A stretch of DNA of 64,000 nt, taken from Octopus vulgaris (lineage: Eukaryota). Both the position numbers and the translations under genes were made by a program. The notes beneath the pieces were generated by a model, which was not told the DNA's origin, made no database searches, and worked only from the letters and a program-made list of their open reading frames with translations. The DNA is taken from positions 8,556,001 through 8,620,000 of the forward strand of contig OX597839.1 in NCBI GenBank assembly GCA_951406725.2, given 5' to 3'. Below, piece by piece: positions 26,624 to 40,059 of the stretch. Positions within the stretch are counted from its first letter, which is position 1; every line of letters begins with the position of its first letter.

Positions 26624-27132
26624 TCGTAAATCCTCGAGTATAATCCGCATTTTTTCCCTAAAATTTAAAGATCAAAATCCCTAGTGCATACTATATACTA
26701 GGTCAAAAATGATAAATATTTTCTAAGCAATGTCCGAATCTCTATTTGCTGTCCGGCAATGTTTATTCAGACGCATTTTGTGATGCCGGGCGCGAAAATA
26801 CCTTAAGTTAAGCCAGAAAGTAATGAAGTTATAAAAGAATCATCCATAACTTGCAGTAAACAATATTTATTAAACGTTTTTACTGTTATTTCTTTATTTT
26901 CTGCAAACAAAATGCACAAAAAAGCTACACGTTTGCATTATGTTATATATACAATAATAAAGGACATTACCGTAAACATTTTAACAATCCAAGAACGTTA
27001 TATAGACCTCCTCGACTCAAGTTAGAGAAGAGGAGCGTATTATATACAAGGTTTAGGTTTTTCAGAGGTACGGCCCCCTAAAAATCCCCTGCGTATTATG
27101 CTCAAGGGCGGACTATACTCGAGGGTTTACGG
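26624..27132. mobile_element. pogo/Tigger-type MITE
   Basis: TIR (T/C)CGTAAATCCTCGAGTATAATCCGC / GCGGACTATACTCGAGGGTTTACGG, with TA on both sides. Confidence 0.75.
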
Positions 27133-27822
27133 TATTCAGGGTTAAAATTATTAATCTGTCTGTGTGTGTGTGTGTCTTCTAGGATCTCGGGCATCCTCCA
27201 TCCGATTGCGCTCAAATTTGATATGTAGATACCGACGGTATCAGGGCGTGTATAAGTCTTGAAAAAATTACAAAAATCGATTCCAGGTGAGAATGAGATC
27301 GATAAAGTCGTGGGAACGTGCATTTGTACGCGCAAGTACATCAGATCGATACTACGCGTACGCGAGAAAAATGCACGTGCAGTTTGAGCAAAAAAAGCCG
27401 GCTGGATTGAAATAATGCCACAAAATGCAGCATATTTAAGAGACCAAAACAGTAAGATGCAAAAGAGTTATTTTCTTCAAACTTGACATGAAGGAAGGAA
27501 GGAAAGACTATTTGGTTTCTCAAGAAGCTTTTTTTTTTTTGTCTTAACTTCATTTAACAAACCAAAAATGTTATTGAAATAAAGGCATGCTTTTATTCAG
27601 CAGATATGATTCAGCACCGCCCATTGGACGGGGGCAGGGCGTTTTGCTCGTACTCAATATATGTGCTTTGCTTGTTTGTTCTACCTTCAGCATACGGGTC
27701 ACGAAAAATAGAGACGATACATTTATGGTCTAGGTAATTTGCATAAATAAAAACGAAAATCAACCGAGGGAGATATCTCAAAGTGTCCAGTGACATGTAT
27801 CAGAACAGCAAAAATGAATAGG

Positions 27823-28015
27823 TGGCTTAGTGGTTAGGGTGTTGGAATCATGATGAATATATTGTAGTTTCGATTCCTGGATCGGGCGACGCGTTGTGTT
27901 CTGGGGCAAAACACTTCATTTCATGGAGGTCCACTTCACTCAGCTGCCAAGGGTGACTAATCCTGCGACGGACTGGCGTCCCGTTCAGCTGGGGGTAAAA
28001 ACGCCATGGAAACCT
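27823..28015 (+). mobile_element. SINE-C-related, tail type 2
   Basis: TGGCTTAGTGGTTAGGG head and CCTGCGACGGACTGGCGTCCCGTTCAG tail. Confidence 0.7.
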
Positions 28016-28094
28016 GGTATGTATGTGTGCGCGTGTGCGTGCATGCGTGCGTGTGTGTCTGTTTGTCTGTGTATCGCTGTGTATGCATCTATGT

Positions 28095-28300
28095 GTCTTT
28101 ATTTGTCTCCTGCCATCGATTGACAACCGATGCTGGTGTGTTTATATCCCTGTAACCTAGCGGTTCGGCAAAAGAGACAGATAGAATAAGCACTGGGTTT
28201 ACAAAGAATAAATCTAGGGTCCGATTTCTTCGACTAAAACCCTTTAACGCGGTGATCCAGCATGGCCACATGCAAATAACTGAAACCAGTAAAAGAACAA
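28095..28300 (+). mobile_element. SINE-A 3' half
   Basis: TTGACAACCGATGCTGGTGTG...CAGCATGGCCAC. Confidence 0.75.
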
Positions 28301-28509
28301 AAGTACTGCGTTGTAAAACACTTTTAGATTAAACATTTCGAAGGCTGCCTTTGACCCTTTTGCATTCAAAAGGGCTTTCAACCCTCAATTTATGAGCTGC
28401 TATTATTTCTAAAATGCTTAACATTTCGTCCAGTTCTATATTTAAGAGATGAGGAATTATGTACATTATTTACATTCGACGGATATTTGTCCTCATCTTG
28501 TTTGTTGTT

Positions 28510-28555
28510 AACACAACGTTTCGGCTGATATACCTTCCGGCTTTCATCAGGGGTC
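28510..28555 (-). ncRNA. Minimal type-I hammerhead motif
   Basis: gaccc-CTGATGA-aagccgg..cagcc-GAAACGTT-gtgtt on the minus strand. Confidence 0.65.
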
Positions 28556-28620
28556 TTGGGGAAATTTCGAACCTGGCTTCTCATTCCTAAGGTATTTTTC
28601 AATGTTGTTGTTATTATTAA

Positions 28621-28658
<38 letters not shown>

Positions 28659-28720
28659 GTTTGACTTTTGCTTTACATTATTATTATTGTTATTGTTATT
28701 ATTATTATCATTATTATTAC

Positions 28721-28775
<55 letters not shown>

Positions 28776-28857
28776 GTTCAGGTTACTTCTTGGAATTGAA
28801 TCGGAATCTTGGGGTTAGTAGCCCGCGCTCTTAACCACTACGCCATATGCTCGTGAG

Positions 28858-28899
28858 CCTGATGAAGGCTGAAGGGTATATCAGCCGAAACGTTGCGTT
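28858..28899 (+). ncRNA. Hammerhead core with perfect stem II, 5' stem I lost
   Basis: CTGATGA-a-GGCTGA-agggtata-TCAGCC-GAAACGTT. Confidence 0.65.
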
Positions 28900-30685
28900 C
28901 ACAACAAACAAGATGAGGACAAATATCAGTCAAATGTAAATAACGTAAATAATGAGCATTTCGTCCGTTTTTTACGTTCTGAGTTTAAGTTCCACCATGG
29001 TTGATCTTTGTTTTTCATCCTTTCGGGGTTCGGTTAAAATAAGTACCATTCGAGCACTGGGGGGTTTGATGTAATCGACCCACTCCCTCCCCCGAAATAG
29101 CGGAGGTTGTGCGAAAATTTGAAACCATTATTATTTAAAGCATTATGTGCTTCGTGATCCCCGCTTCAAAAAAAAAACTATTCCACATTCTCTGTCCATT
29201 TAAGATCTACCTTTCCATATAGAAGATTTTGTGTGTGCCTGTGTGTGTGTGTGTGAATGCTCATATAAATATACCGGAAGAGAGAAAGACAGACGATAGA
29301 TGCAGACGATAGATAAATATGCAGTAAGATACATAATACATAACATACCTATATACATGCATGCATGCCTACATACATATTTATATATACATACAGTTGG
29401 TTCATGCATGTATCCGAGGGGACAACTGCAATCGTCAGAGGACATGACATGCGAAGACTGTATTTTCCGCTGAGAATAGACTAAAATATCTACTCCCGTG
29501 CACGAAAGAAACCAAAGCTACAGAATTTATGGCGGAAATAACGATGTATATACACTCTTACGCGCACACACATATACATGCACGTACATATATGGGGTGT
29601 GTATGAACGTTTGTGTGTTTATAAATACAAACAGACAGACAGATAGATAGATAGATATTCACATATTCATATACATATATATTTATATACATACTTGAAT
29701 AAATATGTGTATATATATATACATACATACATACATACATACATACTTGAATAAATACACACATATTTATATGTGTATGTATGTATACACACACACACAC
29801 ACACATGTATATGCATGTATCATATACATCTCTGTGCGCGCACATGTATGTAAATGATCATCTGTGTGTGTATTTATATTCCTGTGTATGTATACACGTG
29901 TGTATGTATACATGTGTGTGTGTGTTCGTGTGTGTATGTGTGTGTGTGTGTATGTAGAAGTGTGCTTGCAATGGTAGCTGGACACTTAAGAACGGAATGT
30001 GAATTCCGGTGACTCGTCTCGGCTACGGAAACATTTGTTACTCAACCACCGCCACGAAAACACCACACACCCACTCACTTCACAATCAGGGGCAGCAGCC
30101 CCGCCACCATCGCTACCACCACCACCACCACCACCACCACCACCACCACCTCCAACGTCATTATCATCATACACCACCATCATCAGCATCATTATCACCA
30201 TCATCATCACCATCATCGCAATCACCGTCACGATTATCATCACCATCATCATCATCATCATCATCGTTAGCATCATTTCCGCCATCGTTTCCTCGTGTGA
30301 CGCTGCGCGCGTGTATTCTTCAGCCGCGACCCTCTTCACGCAACACCATCACTACCCACCCGACCACCCCCCAGCTCGCCAGTACTCCAATCCCCGCCTG
30401 TATCCACCCACCCCCTCCATCGCTCGCACACATGACAGTCATGGTTATCTCTAAATCCTCATTTGGACCCCTAATCTCATGGCTATTTCACTTCCTGTCT
30501 TTCGAAATGATGAAAAAAATGAAAGGAATAAGTTTTTGTCGCTTTTTTTTTTATTGTTGCAATAATTTTTCCTGGTTATTGTTGTTGTTGTTGTTGTTGC
30601 TGGTGATGGTTTTGGTGGGGGCCGTTTCGGTGGCAGTGGCGACGGTGGTGTTTTCTTTTTTTATTGTTTTCAGTTTTGCGTTTGT

Positions 30686-30743
<58 letters not shown>

Positions 30744-31346
30744 ATATGTATGTATATATATATATTTCGTTGTCATGCGTTTATTTTCTGATTTATTTTA
30801 TATCTGCAATGAAAATTCTCTTCCAGGAATCAACCATTTCCAGACAGTCTGGATTACACCAATTCTAAGAAGTCCATTGCCAGGTTTTTCTTAAGAAGAA
30901 GCAAACTAGGTGGAGGAGGGGCCGGCTGCTCCACAGAGAAGTATTTTGGCAAATATTTACACTCACAGCTGGGATCGCTCACCCGAGTTTTAAACGAACG
31001 AATATGTGTGTCTGTGTGTGTTTCTCTGAGTGTGTGTGTATGTGTGTGTGTATGTGCGTGAGAGAGAGGGAGAGAGATTATGAGCGAGTCTGTAGGCTTG
31101 TGAGTATACTTGTGTGCATGGGTTCTTATGAGCTAGCTAAGCTTATGAGTACATGTGACTTGTGTCTGTGTTGTTATGGTGTAATACTTGTGTGGCTCAT
31201 AGATGACATATCTATCAACTTATCTATACAAAACCATGTGTGCGCGTATGTGCTTGTCTATATATGTGTACGCGCATGTGCAAGTGTGAATGAGTATACG
31301 TCTCTCTCTGTATATATATATTTATATATATTCATACAGACACACA

Positions 31347-31390
<44 letters not shown>

Positions 31391-31391
<1 letters not shown>

Positions 31392-31580
31392 TTTATTTTA
31401 TAGAAGGAGCTTCTACAGGACTAGAACTGTTTCATTCAAGTGAAATCATCAGGCCTGATGATTTCATTTGAATAAAACAGTTCTAGTCCTGTAGAACTCC
31501 TTCTATAAAATAAATTAATTTACTCTGCTATGTATTGAGTACCTTATTTACTGTGGTTAACCCCGACTCAACCCGGGACC

Positions 31581-31583
<3 letters not shown>
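31391..31583. mobile_element. Penelope-like remnant with 125-bp palindrome centred on a hammerhead core
   Basis: 31391-31453 is the near-perfect reverse complement of 31454-31515, with centre TCATCAGG|CCTGATGA. (TA)n lies on both sides. Confidence 0.7.
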
Positions 31584-31633
<50 letters not shown>

Positions 31634-31939
31634 TGGTATTGATGTGGCAACATTTGAAATCTTGTCTAGGTAAATGCAGCTGATGAAGACTAATCAAATT
31701 TACGTTGTCAAACGTATTTGAAGAGTCAGAAACCGGTCCTGCATTATCCGATTCTAGGTTGTCCATTTATCAGATGTTCTTCCTGGAGGTAAGACAAATT
31801 TTTTTTCATGTTTGTTGCACACACGCGTGAGATATGCAGACATATTGCATTTGTAGATCCATTATTTAGGCAGAATGGTATACATATAAGATTCAAATAC
31901 CTTGTGAGTATAATTACAAGGTATATATTTATATATGCT

Positions 31940-32285
31940 TTATATCGACCCCATTACGTAACTAGTACTTAATTTATCGACCCCGAAAGGATGAAAGGCA
32001 AAGTCGACCTCAGAGGAATTTGAACTCAGAACGTAGCGGCAGACGAAATACCTATTTCTTTACTACCCACAAGGGGCTAAACACAGAGAGGACAAACAAG
32101 GACAGACAAACGGATAAAGTCGATTATATCGACCCCAGTGCGTAACTGGTACTTTATTTAATCGACCCCGAAAGGATGATCGGAAAAGTCGACCTCGGCG
32201 GAATTTGAACTCAGAACGTAACGGCAGACGAAATACCGCTGAGTATTTCGCCCGGCGTGGTAACGATTCTGCCAGCTCGCCGCCT
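31940..32285 (-). mobile_element. SINE-B, 1.5-mer
   Basis: Head at 32285, with the same multimer junction at ~32050. Confidence 0.85.
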
Positions 32286-32432
32286 TAAAATACTGGAGAA
32301 TCAATTGAGAAAACAGGTTTTTGCATCTTGAAAAGAAAACAGAAAATGAAGAGGTATGAGAGACTGTGCATGAGAATGATTGAGTGTGAAGTAGAGACTG
32401 AGTTTAGGAGTGAGTGTGTGTATACAAGAAAG

Positions 32433-32847
32433 GGATCTTTTCGGTTTGAACGGCAGTTTTTAACATAATTTCTAGGTAACTAAAAACTTTTAAACTTCGT
32501 ATACTGGTAGAATGTGTTTATAAAACATCTTTTTCTATTGGCTTTATTGAGAGAATTCTATGGTTTGTAAGATATTTGTTGGTTTTTTTCTTCAATTTCT
32601 GCAATTTCAACTAATCAGTGACGTCTATTGAGTTAAAAATCATTCTGTGCCGAATGAATATGTCCTTCGTTTAAGAAACAGATTGGGTTTATTTACATTT
32701 GTGAAGAAAAAAAGATACCCCACCCCTAACCCTAACCCTAACCCTAAAACAGATTGAAATGCATAGATCCATACTAGGGTCATAATTATGGGTGACAATT
32801 TCATATGACACCGCTAGAAAAAACTGCCGTTCAAACCGAAAAGATCC
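32433..32847 (-). mobile_element. GGATC MITE, copy 4
   Basis: TIRs; 8-bp TSD CAAGAAAG. Confidence 0.92.
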
Positions 32848-33096
32848 CAAGAAAGAATAATGAAAATTGTAGCAGTACAGAGAAAATGAGAGGGGGAGAG
32901 GGAAAAGAGAGAACGTGCGAAAATTGTTGCATCTGAAGTATTGGTTTGTTTATGCCTCCGTAACTTAGTAAAATGAAAACGATAGAAGAATAAGTACCAG
33001 GTTTAAATAGTAAGTGCTGAAGACGATTTCGTCGACTAAAACCTTTGAGGTCGTGCACCACTAAGGCTGCGGCTCAAAGGCAATAACCAGCCAAAA

Positions 33097-33511
33097 GGCG
33101 GCGAGCTGGCAGAAGCGTTAGCACGTCGGGCGAAATGCTAATTGGTTTTTCGTCTGCCGTTCCGTTCTGAGTTCAAATTCCGCCGAGCTCGACTTTGCCT
33201 TTCATCCTTTCGGGGTCGATTAAATAAGTACCAGTTACGCACAAGAGTCGATATAATCGACTTAATCCGTTTGTCTGTCCTTGTTTGTCCTCTCTATGTT
33301 TTAGCCCCTTGTGGGTAATAAAGAAATAGGTATTTCGTCTGCCGCTACGTTCTGAGTTCAAATTCCGCCGAGGTCGACTTTGCCTTTCATCCTTTCGGGG
33401 TGGATTAAATAAGTACCAGTTACGCACTGGGGTCAATATAATCGACTTAATCCGTTTGTCTGTCCTTGTTTGTCCTCTCTGTGTTTAGCCCCTTGTGATT
33501 AGTAAAGAAAT
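33097..33511 (+). mobile_element. SINE-B dimer
   Basis: TSD AGGCAATAACCAGC (33078-33091, 33512-33525). Confidence 0.88.
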
Positions 33512-34312
33512 AGGCAATAACCAGCAAAAGAAAATAAGAGAGAGAGCGAGAGAGGAAAGGAAGAGGGAGAAAAGGAGAGAGAGAGTATAACAATGCAGTT
33601 TGCGCGTGTGTGAGGGATTGAATGGGGGCAGGTTTGAAAGAGTGAACTGGAAGAAAGGGAGGCAAATGAACGAGACAAAGATGAAATCAGTAATAAGAGA
33701 GAGAGAGAGAGAGAGAGAAACTGAGAGAGCGAGAGAGAGAGAAAGAGAAAGAGAGACAGACAGACAAAGGATTTGTGTTTATGTGAAGGAGGGAAATAAA
33801 GTGAGTGTAAGAAGAGAGAGAGAGAGACAATAGAAAACGAAGAGGGGGTACAAAATATGCTTTAGAGAAAATCTGTGACACCGCGATGGCGTGAGAGGGG
33901 GAAAATGCAGCAGGAATAACGTATGAAAAAGAACAGGAATATGTAAATTAGAAAGACTATGTGAGGGGGAAAAAAGAGAGAAGGATTAAAGGAATGAAAA
34001 AAAACAAACAGAATAAATGAATAAAAAGAGATTGGGGAAAAACGAAGTCGAGCAAAGGGTTTGAGGCAGAGGGAGAGACTAGGTAAGATATGGGGAAATG
34101 GTGACAAAAAGAAGAGTATACATGGGAGAAAGAGGGATATGGGAAGAAAAGGAAGGGAGAGAGAAAAAGGGGAACGAAAATGAAAGATGAATGGTCGAAA
34201 GGCATGCTGGGATATTATGAGCATGGCTGCTGTCCGTTAGATGGCAGTAACGTCGAGCAAAACTAATCTGTTCTGCATTTTCACACACAACACACAAACA
34301 CAAAACTTATAT

Positions 34313-34446
<134 letters not shown>

Positions 34447-34472
34447 CGGAATGGTCATATTTATATATATAT

Positions 34473-34526
<54 letters not shown>

Positions 34527-34633
34527 CATATATATATATATACATACATATATATATATACATATATATATATACATACATATATATATATACATATATA
34601 TATATATACATATATATATACATACATATATAT

Positions 34634-34666
<33 letters not shown>

Positions 34667-35239
34667 AATTGTGTAGATATAAGCACGTACAAATATGCAT
34701 ACACATACACTCACACGCACGCATACATAATATCATTGTAAATACATGCATAGACAAACGCGCGCGCGCGCCCATTCGCGGGTACGAGTAAGAGGCAGAA
34801 ATGCAACTGCATACGCATTCGCACACACACAAACATACACACACACACACGGAGCAAATCCTAAAGCAGTGATCCATGACTATCACGCGCGCACGTGCAC
34901 GCACGCACACACACACGTGCACACACACGTACACGCACCTCATCGACTGCCACATAACAGGCATGCGCAGAATCCCCCCACCTCGCCCACCCGGCTAACC
35001 CCCCACCTCATACATACCTTTCACGTGACACGCTCTCACCTACAATCAAATCGATTGTCGCGATGCAGATCGATTAAAAGACTCTCATAATACCTGTGTG
35101 CATGTATGCATGTATATATATGCTTGTACGCGTGTATATGTATGTGTATGCATATGTATATACGCATGCATGTTTTTATATACATATATGCGTGTATGTA
35201 TATATGTATCTATGTATGTATGTATGTATGTATGTAGGT

Positions 35240-36050
35240 ATGTATCTGTGTATGTATACGGATGTATATATGCGTATGTGTCTCTATATGCATAGTATAT
35301 ATATAAGTATATGTGTGTATGTATGTGTGTATGTATGTATGTATGTATGTATGTATGTATGTATCTGTATGTATACGGATGTATATATGCATATGTGTAT
35401 CTATATGCATAGTATATACGTATAAGTATATGTGTGTGTATGTATACGGATGTATATATGCCTATGTGTAATAATATGCATAGTATATATATATATAAGT
35501 ATATGTGTGTATGTATGTATACGGATGTATATATGCATATGTGTATCTATATGAATAGCATATATATATATATATATATATAAGTATATGTGTGTATGTA
35601 TGTATACGGATGTATATATGCCTATGTGTAATAATATGCATAGTATATATATATAAGTATATGTGTGTATGTATGTATACGGATGTATATATGCATATGC
35701 GTATCTTTATGAATAGCATATATATATAAGTATATGTGTGTATGTATGTATGCGGATGTATATATATGCCTATGTGTATCTATATGCATAGTATATATAT
35801 AAGTATATGTGCGTATGTATGTATACGGATGTATATATGCATATGTGTATCTATATGCATAGTATATATATATATATATATAAGTATATGTATGTATGTA
35901 TGTATACGGATGTATATATATATATATGCCTATGTGTATCTATATGCATAGTATATATATATATAAGTATATGTGTGTATGTATGTATGTATACGGATGT
36001 ATATATGCCTATGCGTATCTATATGAATAGCATATATATAAAGTATATGT
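35240..36050. repeat. Microsatellite-derived minisatellite (~60-70 bp unit containing TATACGGATG...GCATAG)
   Basis: GTATACGGATGTATATATGC recurs about 11 times. Confidence 0.85.
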
Positions 36051-36723
36051 ATATGTATGTAGGTATGTATGTGCATGCCTGATTCTGTATGTATATACGT
36101 ATATGTATATATATTTATGCATATGTCTTTCCAAATTCAATCTGGTCACTAACAAAGCGACAACGTTTCTTTGAGACAAAACTTTCCAGGGATATGCGAT
36201 TATTCGAGGATAAGTTGAGTGTATATAAGGGGTCTACATATAAATGTCCTTTCACTCACACAATAGATGTAACTATTTCTTTAATCTACGACTGTATGCG
36301 TGCATATGTGACGTATGCTCTCACGTGACTGAGTGTCCATCTGCATTTCTGGATGCTCAAATGCTTTATAAATGTTCATTGTGCCACTAATCATATGGAA
36401 ATATGCATGTTTTTCTTTTCTATAAGATTTATGTATGCATACATTACGTCTGATTGCATGAAAATGTATGTATTTATTTGTGATGGTCGACAATAGATTT
36501 GTGGGAGACAGGCAAACTTAAAACCTCAATGATGAAAGCGCGATTCTTTTCACTGTCAATTATGGTCTTTCTCGAACACTAGTGGATAGCGATCAAGGAG
36601 ATATGTGTGTGTGTGTGTGTGTATATATATGTGCATATATATATGTATATATATATATATATATACATGTATATATATATGTGTATATATATATATATGT
36701 ATATATATATGTATATATACATG

Positions 36724-36761
<38 letters not shown>

Positions 36762-36842
36762 TGTATATATATAACAAATATTTAAACGTATATATATGTA
36801 TATATATGCAAATATATATATATGTATATATATATATATATG

Positions 36843-36894
<52 letters not shown>

Positions 36895-36998
36895 AATGTA
36901 TATATATGTATATATATATCTATATATATATGTATATATATATCTATATAAATATGTATATATATCTATATATATATGTATATATATATATATATATA

Positions 36999-37032
<34 letters not shown>

Positions 37033-37036
<4 letters not shown>

Positions 37037-37270
37037 AGGCGCGTAGCTTAGTGGCATTCGGCTCACGATCGTAAGACCGTGAGTTCAATTCTCGACAACG
37101 CGTCGTCCTTCAGCAAGACACTTTATTTCTCGTTGCTCCAGTCCACTCAGCTGACAGAAAATGAGTAGCACCTGTATTTCAAAGGGCCAGCGTTGTCACA
37201 CTCTGTGTCACGCTGAATCTCCCTGAGAACTACGTTAAGGGAACACTTGTCTGAGGAATACTTAGCCACT
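37033..37270 (+). mobile_element. SINE-C-related, tail type 1
   Basis: GTGAAGGCGCGTAGCTTAGTGG head and TTGTCACACTCTGTGTCACGCTGAAT tail. Confidence 0.72.
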
Positions 37271-37764
37271 CGACGAAATCGGCTTCAGGACTTCCTATTT
37301 AAATCTGGTACTTAATCTTCTATCGTTTTCATTTTACTAAGTTACAGAACGTAAACAAACCAACACTTCTGCTGCAAGAGTTTTATCACACGCTCTCGTT
37401 CTCTCTCTCTCTCCCTCTCGCTTTCTCTGTACTTCTACAATTTTCATTATTCTTTCCTGCTCACACACACACACTCCTAAACTCAATCTGCACTTCACTC
37501 TTACTCATTCCCATACACAGGAATAAAGAAAGTGATCCGCTCCACATTCTTTTCATTTATCTGACACGACCTCATTAAGAAAAAAATAATGCTGATGCAA
37601 GTGTCAAGGGATCGCTTTGGAAACGAGGCCGTCTTCTGAACGACCTCAGTCACTTCATATAAATGCAGTGGTCACTAGAGAAAGCAGAATTTCCAAAGTA
37701 TGAGCATTTATGCCCATCTTCAGTGGTCACACCGTGTATGCTACACTATGCTAAAAGCTATTGG

Positions 37765-38325
37765 TATTGGGTTGTCAGGGAAAGTTCGTGCCGATTTTTA
37801 AAGGAAACAAAAAGGTCAATAAATACTTGCCATTACAATCTAAATCAACCAAATATGAACCATTTTGTTGCACAATGCGTCTCCATCTTTCTTTTAACTT
37901 GAAAATACCCCCTTCCCAGAATTGAGGTGGTTTCATGGCAAAGAATTCATCAAGGTATCTTTTTACGTCATCCAAGGAATTGAAATTTTTACCATTAAGA
38001 CTATTCTGCAGAGACCTGAATAAGTGGAAATCTGAAGGAGCAATATCTGGTAAATATGGAGGGTGGATAACACATCTCAGCCGCGCTGCAGCAATTTTTG
38101 TCTGGTTCCCAAAGCATCAAATGCTGAAAATGAACTTTCTTATCTTCCATTTTAAAGGGTTACAAAATTAACACAGTTTATAACCTTCTTCCATGGAAAG
38201 ATAGCTTAAACTGTGCTCTAAATGGAGGTGTAGTCAAATCCTATTTTATGGACTCAACCATGTTCTAAAATAAGACGAAAGGTAAGCTACTATAAATCGG
38301 CATGAACTTTCCGGACAACTCAATA
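37765..38325 (-). mobile_element. Internally deleted mariner element
   Basis: TIRs TATTGGGTTGTCAGGGAAAGTTCGTGCCGATTT / AAATCGGCATGAACTTTCCGGACAACTCAATA. Encodes HPPYLPDIAPSDFHLFRSLQ..GIFKLKERWRRIVQQNGSY. Confidence 0.9.
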
Positions 38326-38447
38326 CAATATCTTATTCATCCAAGGTCTCCATGTCTCATTGAACTTTAGATCTCCACTTGAAGAGTTTCTAAAATGTGG
38401 CCTTGGAACTTTTTTAAGACTCACAGTTGCTTTGCATGAAAAATTTC

Positions 38448-38865
38448 GGCTCTTTTCGGTTTGAACGGCAGTTTTTTTCTAGCGGTGTCATATGAAATTG
38501 TCACCCATAATTATGACCCTAGTATCGATCTATTGCATTTCAATCTATTTTAGGGTTAGAGTTAGGGGTGGGGGGAAGGACATCTTTTTTCTTCACAAAT
38601 GTAAATAATCCCAATCTGTTTCTTAAACGAGGGACATATTCATACGGCACAGAATGTTGTTTACCTCAATGGACGTCAGTGATTGGTTGAAATTGCAGAA
38701 ATCGAAGAAAAACAACAACAAATATCTTACAAACTATAGAATATTCTCAATAAAGCCAGGAGAAAAAGATGTTTTATAAACACATTCTACCAGTATACGA
38801 AGTTTAAAAGTGTTTAGTTACGTGGAAATTATTTTAAAAAACTGCCGTTCAAACCGAAAAGATCC
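38448..38865 (+). mobile_element. GGATC MITE, copy 5
   Basis: TIRs; 8-bp TSD AAAATTTC. Confidence 0.92.
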
Positions 38866-40059
38866 AAAATTTCCCCTTCTCCACCCCGTATATGATATCT
38901 CTTTCGACCAGTTAACTTTTCGTCCCATATCCCGTGATATCGATAGAATAAATACGAGAAAAAGTAACAGGATCTGCATAATCGACCAAAACTTTTGAAA
39001 AAGATACCTCTGTACAGCAGTGTTTAATGGATAAAACCAGTAAAGGATACAGGGGCGGTTCACTTTGATTTCCTCCTCACATTAAACAAGTATGTCCCAG
39101 AGTTCTGTAGCCATGTCATTGTTATATTCCTGACATGGGACTAGCTTATAACATGTATTTTTCAGTCTCTTTGATGAAATGTCGGTCTACTGATCAAGCA
39201 AGGGCTACAGACACTCTTGTCATATTTGTAGATACATGATATCTTTGTTGGAACTGGGCAGCCGGAAATGAGATGGCCGTACGTTACTTTATGTTGATTG
39301 GATAGTCTACAGTTAACATTAGTATCGAGTTATATTTTTATTTTGGTGAGGTTCACCCCCCACACAACCTTCTACTTGGCTCTTCATTGATCCCGTACAG
39401 ATACAATCGAGTTTTTCCGTTTCTACCTTTTCTAATACAAAATGTTTGCGCCGTTGTTCGCTTCCGTATTGGATTACTCCCTCCTGTATAGTCTTGCGTG
39501 ATCATTCTAACAACGGGGAGATCATTCAATGGTGATTTTATGTTTTTTCTACCTATTAATTACGTTAACCTGAACAAAGTCTGTTTCGTTTGCATAAATC
39601 AGCTTCTAGCTGCTACTTTGTCGCTTCCATATATAGATATAAGGTTTCATTTTTATATTGCCTTGTTAAAATAAGTCTGTCTAAATGTACTTGCTTGTAA
39701 ATACCTTTATAGTCACTTAATATTTCTTTCATTGCATCAATTCCTCCCCTCTTTCTCTTTTTATTTAGCTATCCATACTGCATTATATGTATATATATAT
39801 ATATGTATATATAATTTTAAAATAGGATAACATCTTTATAAGAATTTATCAAGTAGTTATCGTGAAAAACTTCATAAGGGAAAAAGTTATTAATTATTCC
39901 CTTTAAATATATTTATTTATATTAAGAGCATTACTATACATAAATGTAAAGTCAAAACTACCATAATAAACACATTTTGTACAGAGCGCGACGGAATGCA
40001 ACTCTCGAAGCGAGCCCTTTAAAACAGATTCAGCTGCAAATCATATGATTTCATAATTA

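Larger units (their letters stand above)
28432..28956. mobile_element. Second tRNA-head/hammerhead composite with inverted partial tail, inserted in a SINE-B-like copy
   Basis: A minus-strand full unit (28432-28846) is followed by a plus-strand tail (28858-28953); TSD CATTTCGTCC (28422-28431, 28957-28966). Confidence 0.8.

Noticed and set aside
29986-30791. His/Ser/Pro-rich ORFs
   Set aside because: Trinucleotide low complexity open in several frames and strands; no recognisable protein.
31679-31722. Hammerhead-like CTGATGA-a-GAC..GTC-AAACGTA
   Set aside because: G12 is missing and there is no stem I pairing; single copy, so it may be chance. A nearby GTAAGA donor at ~31788 is also unsupported.
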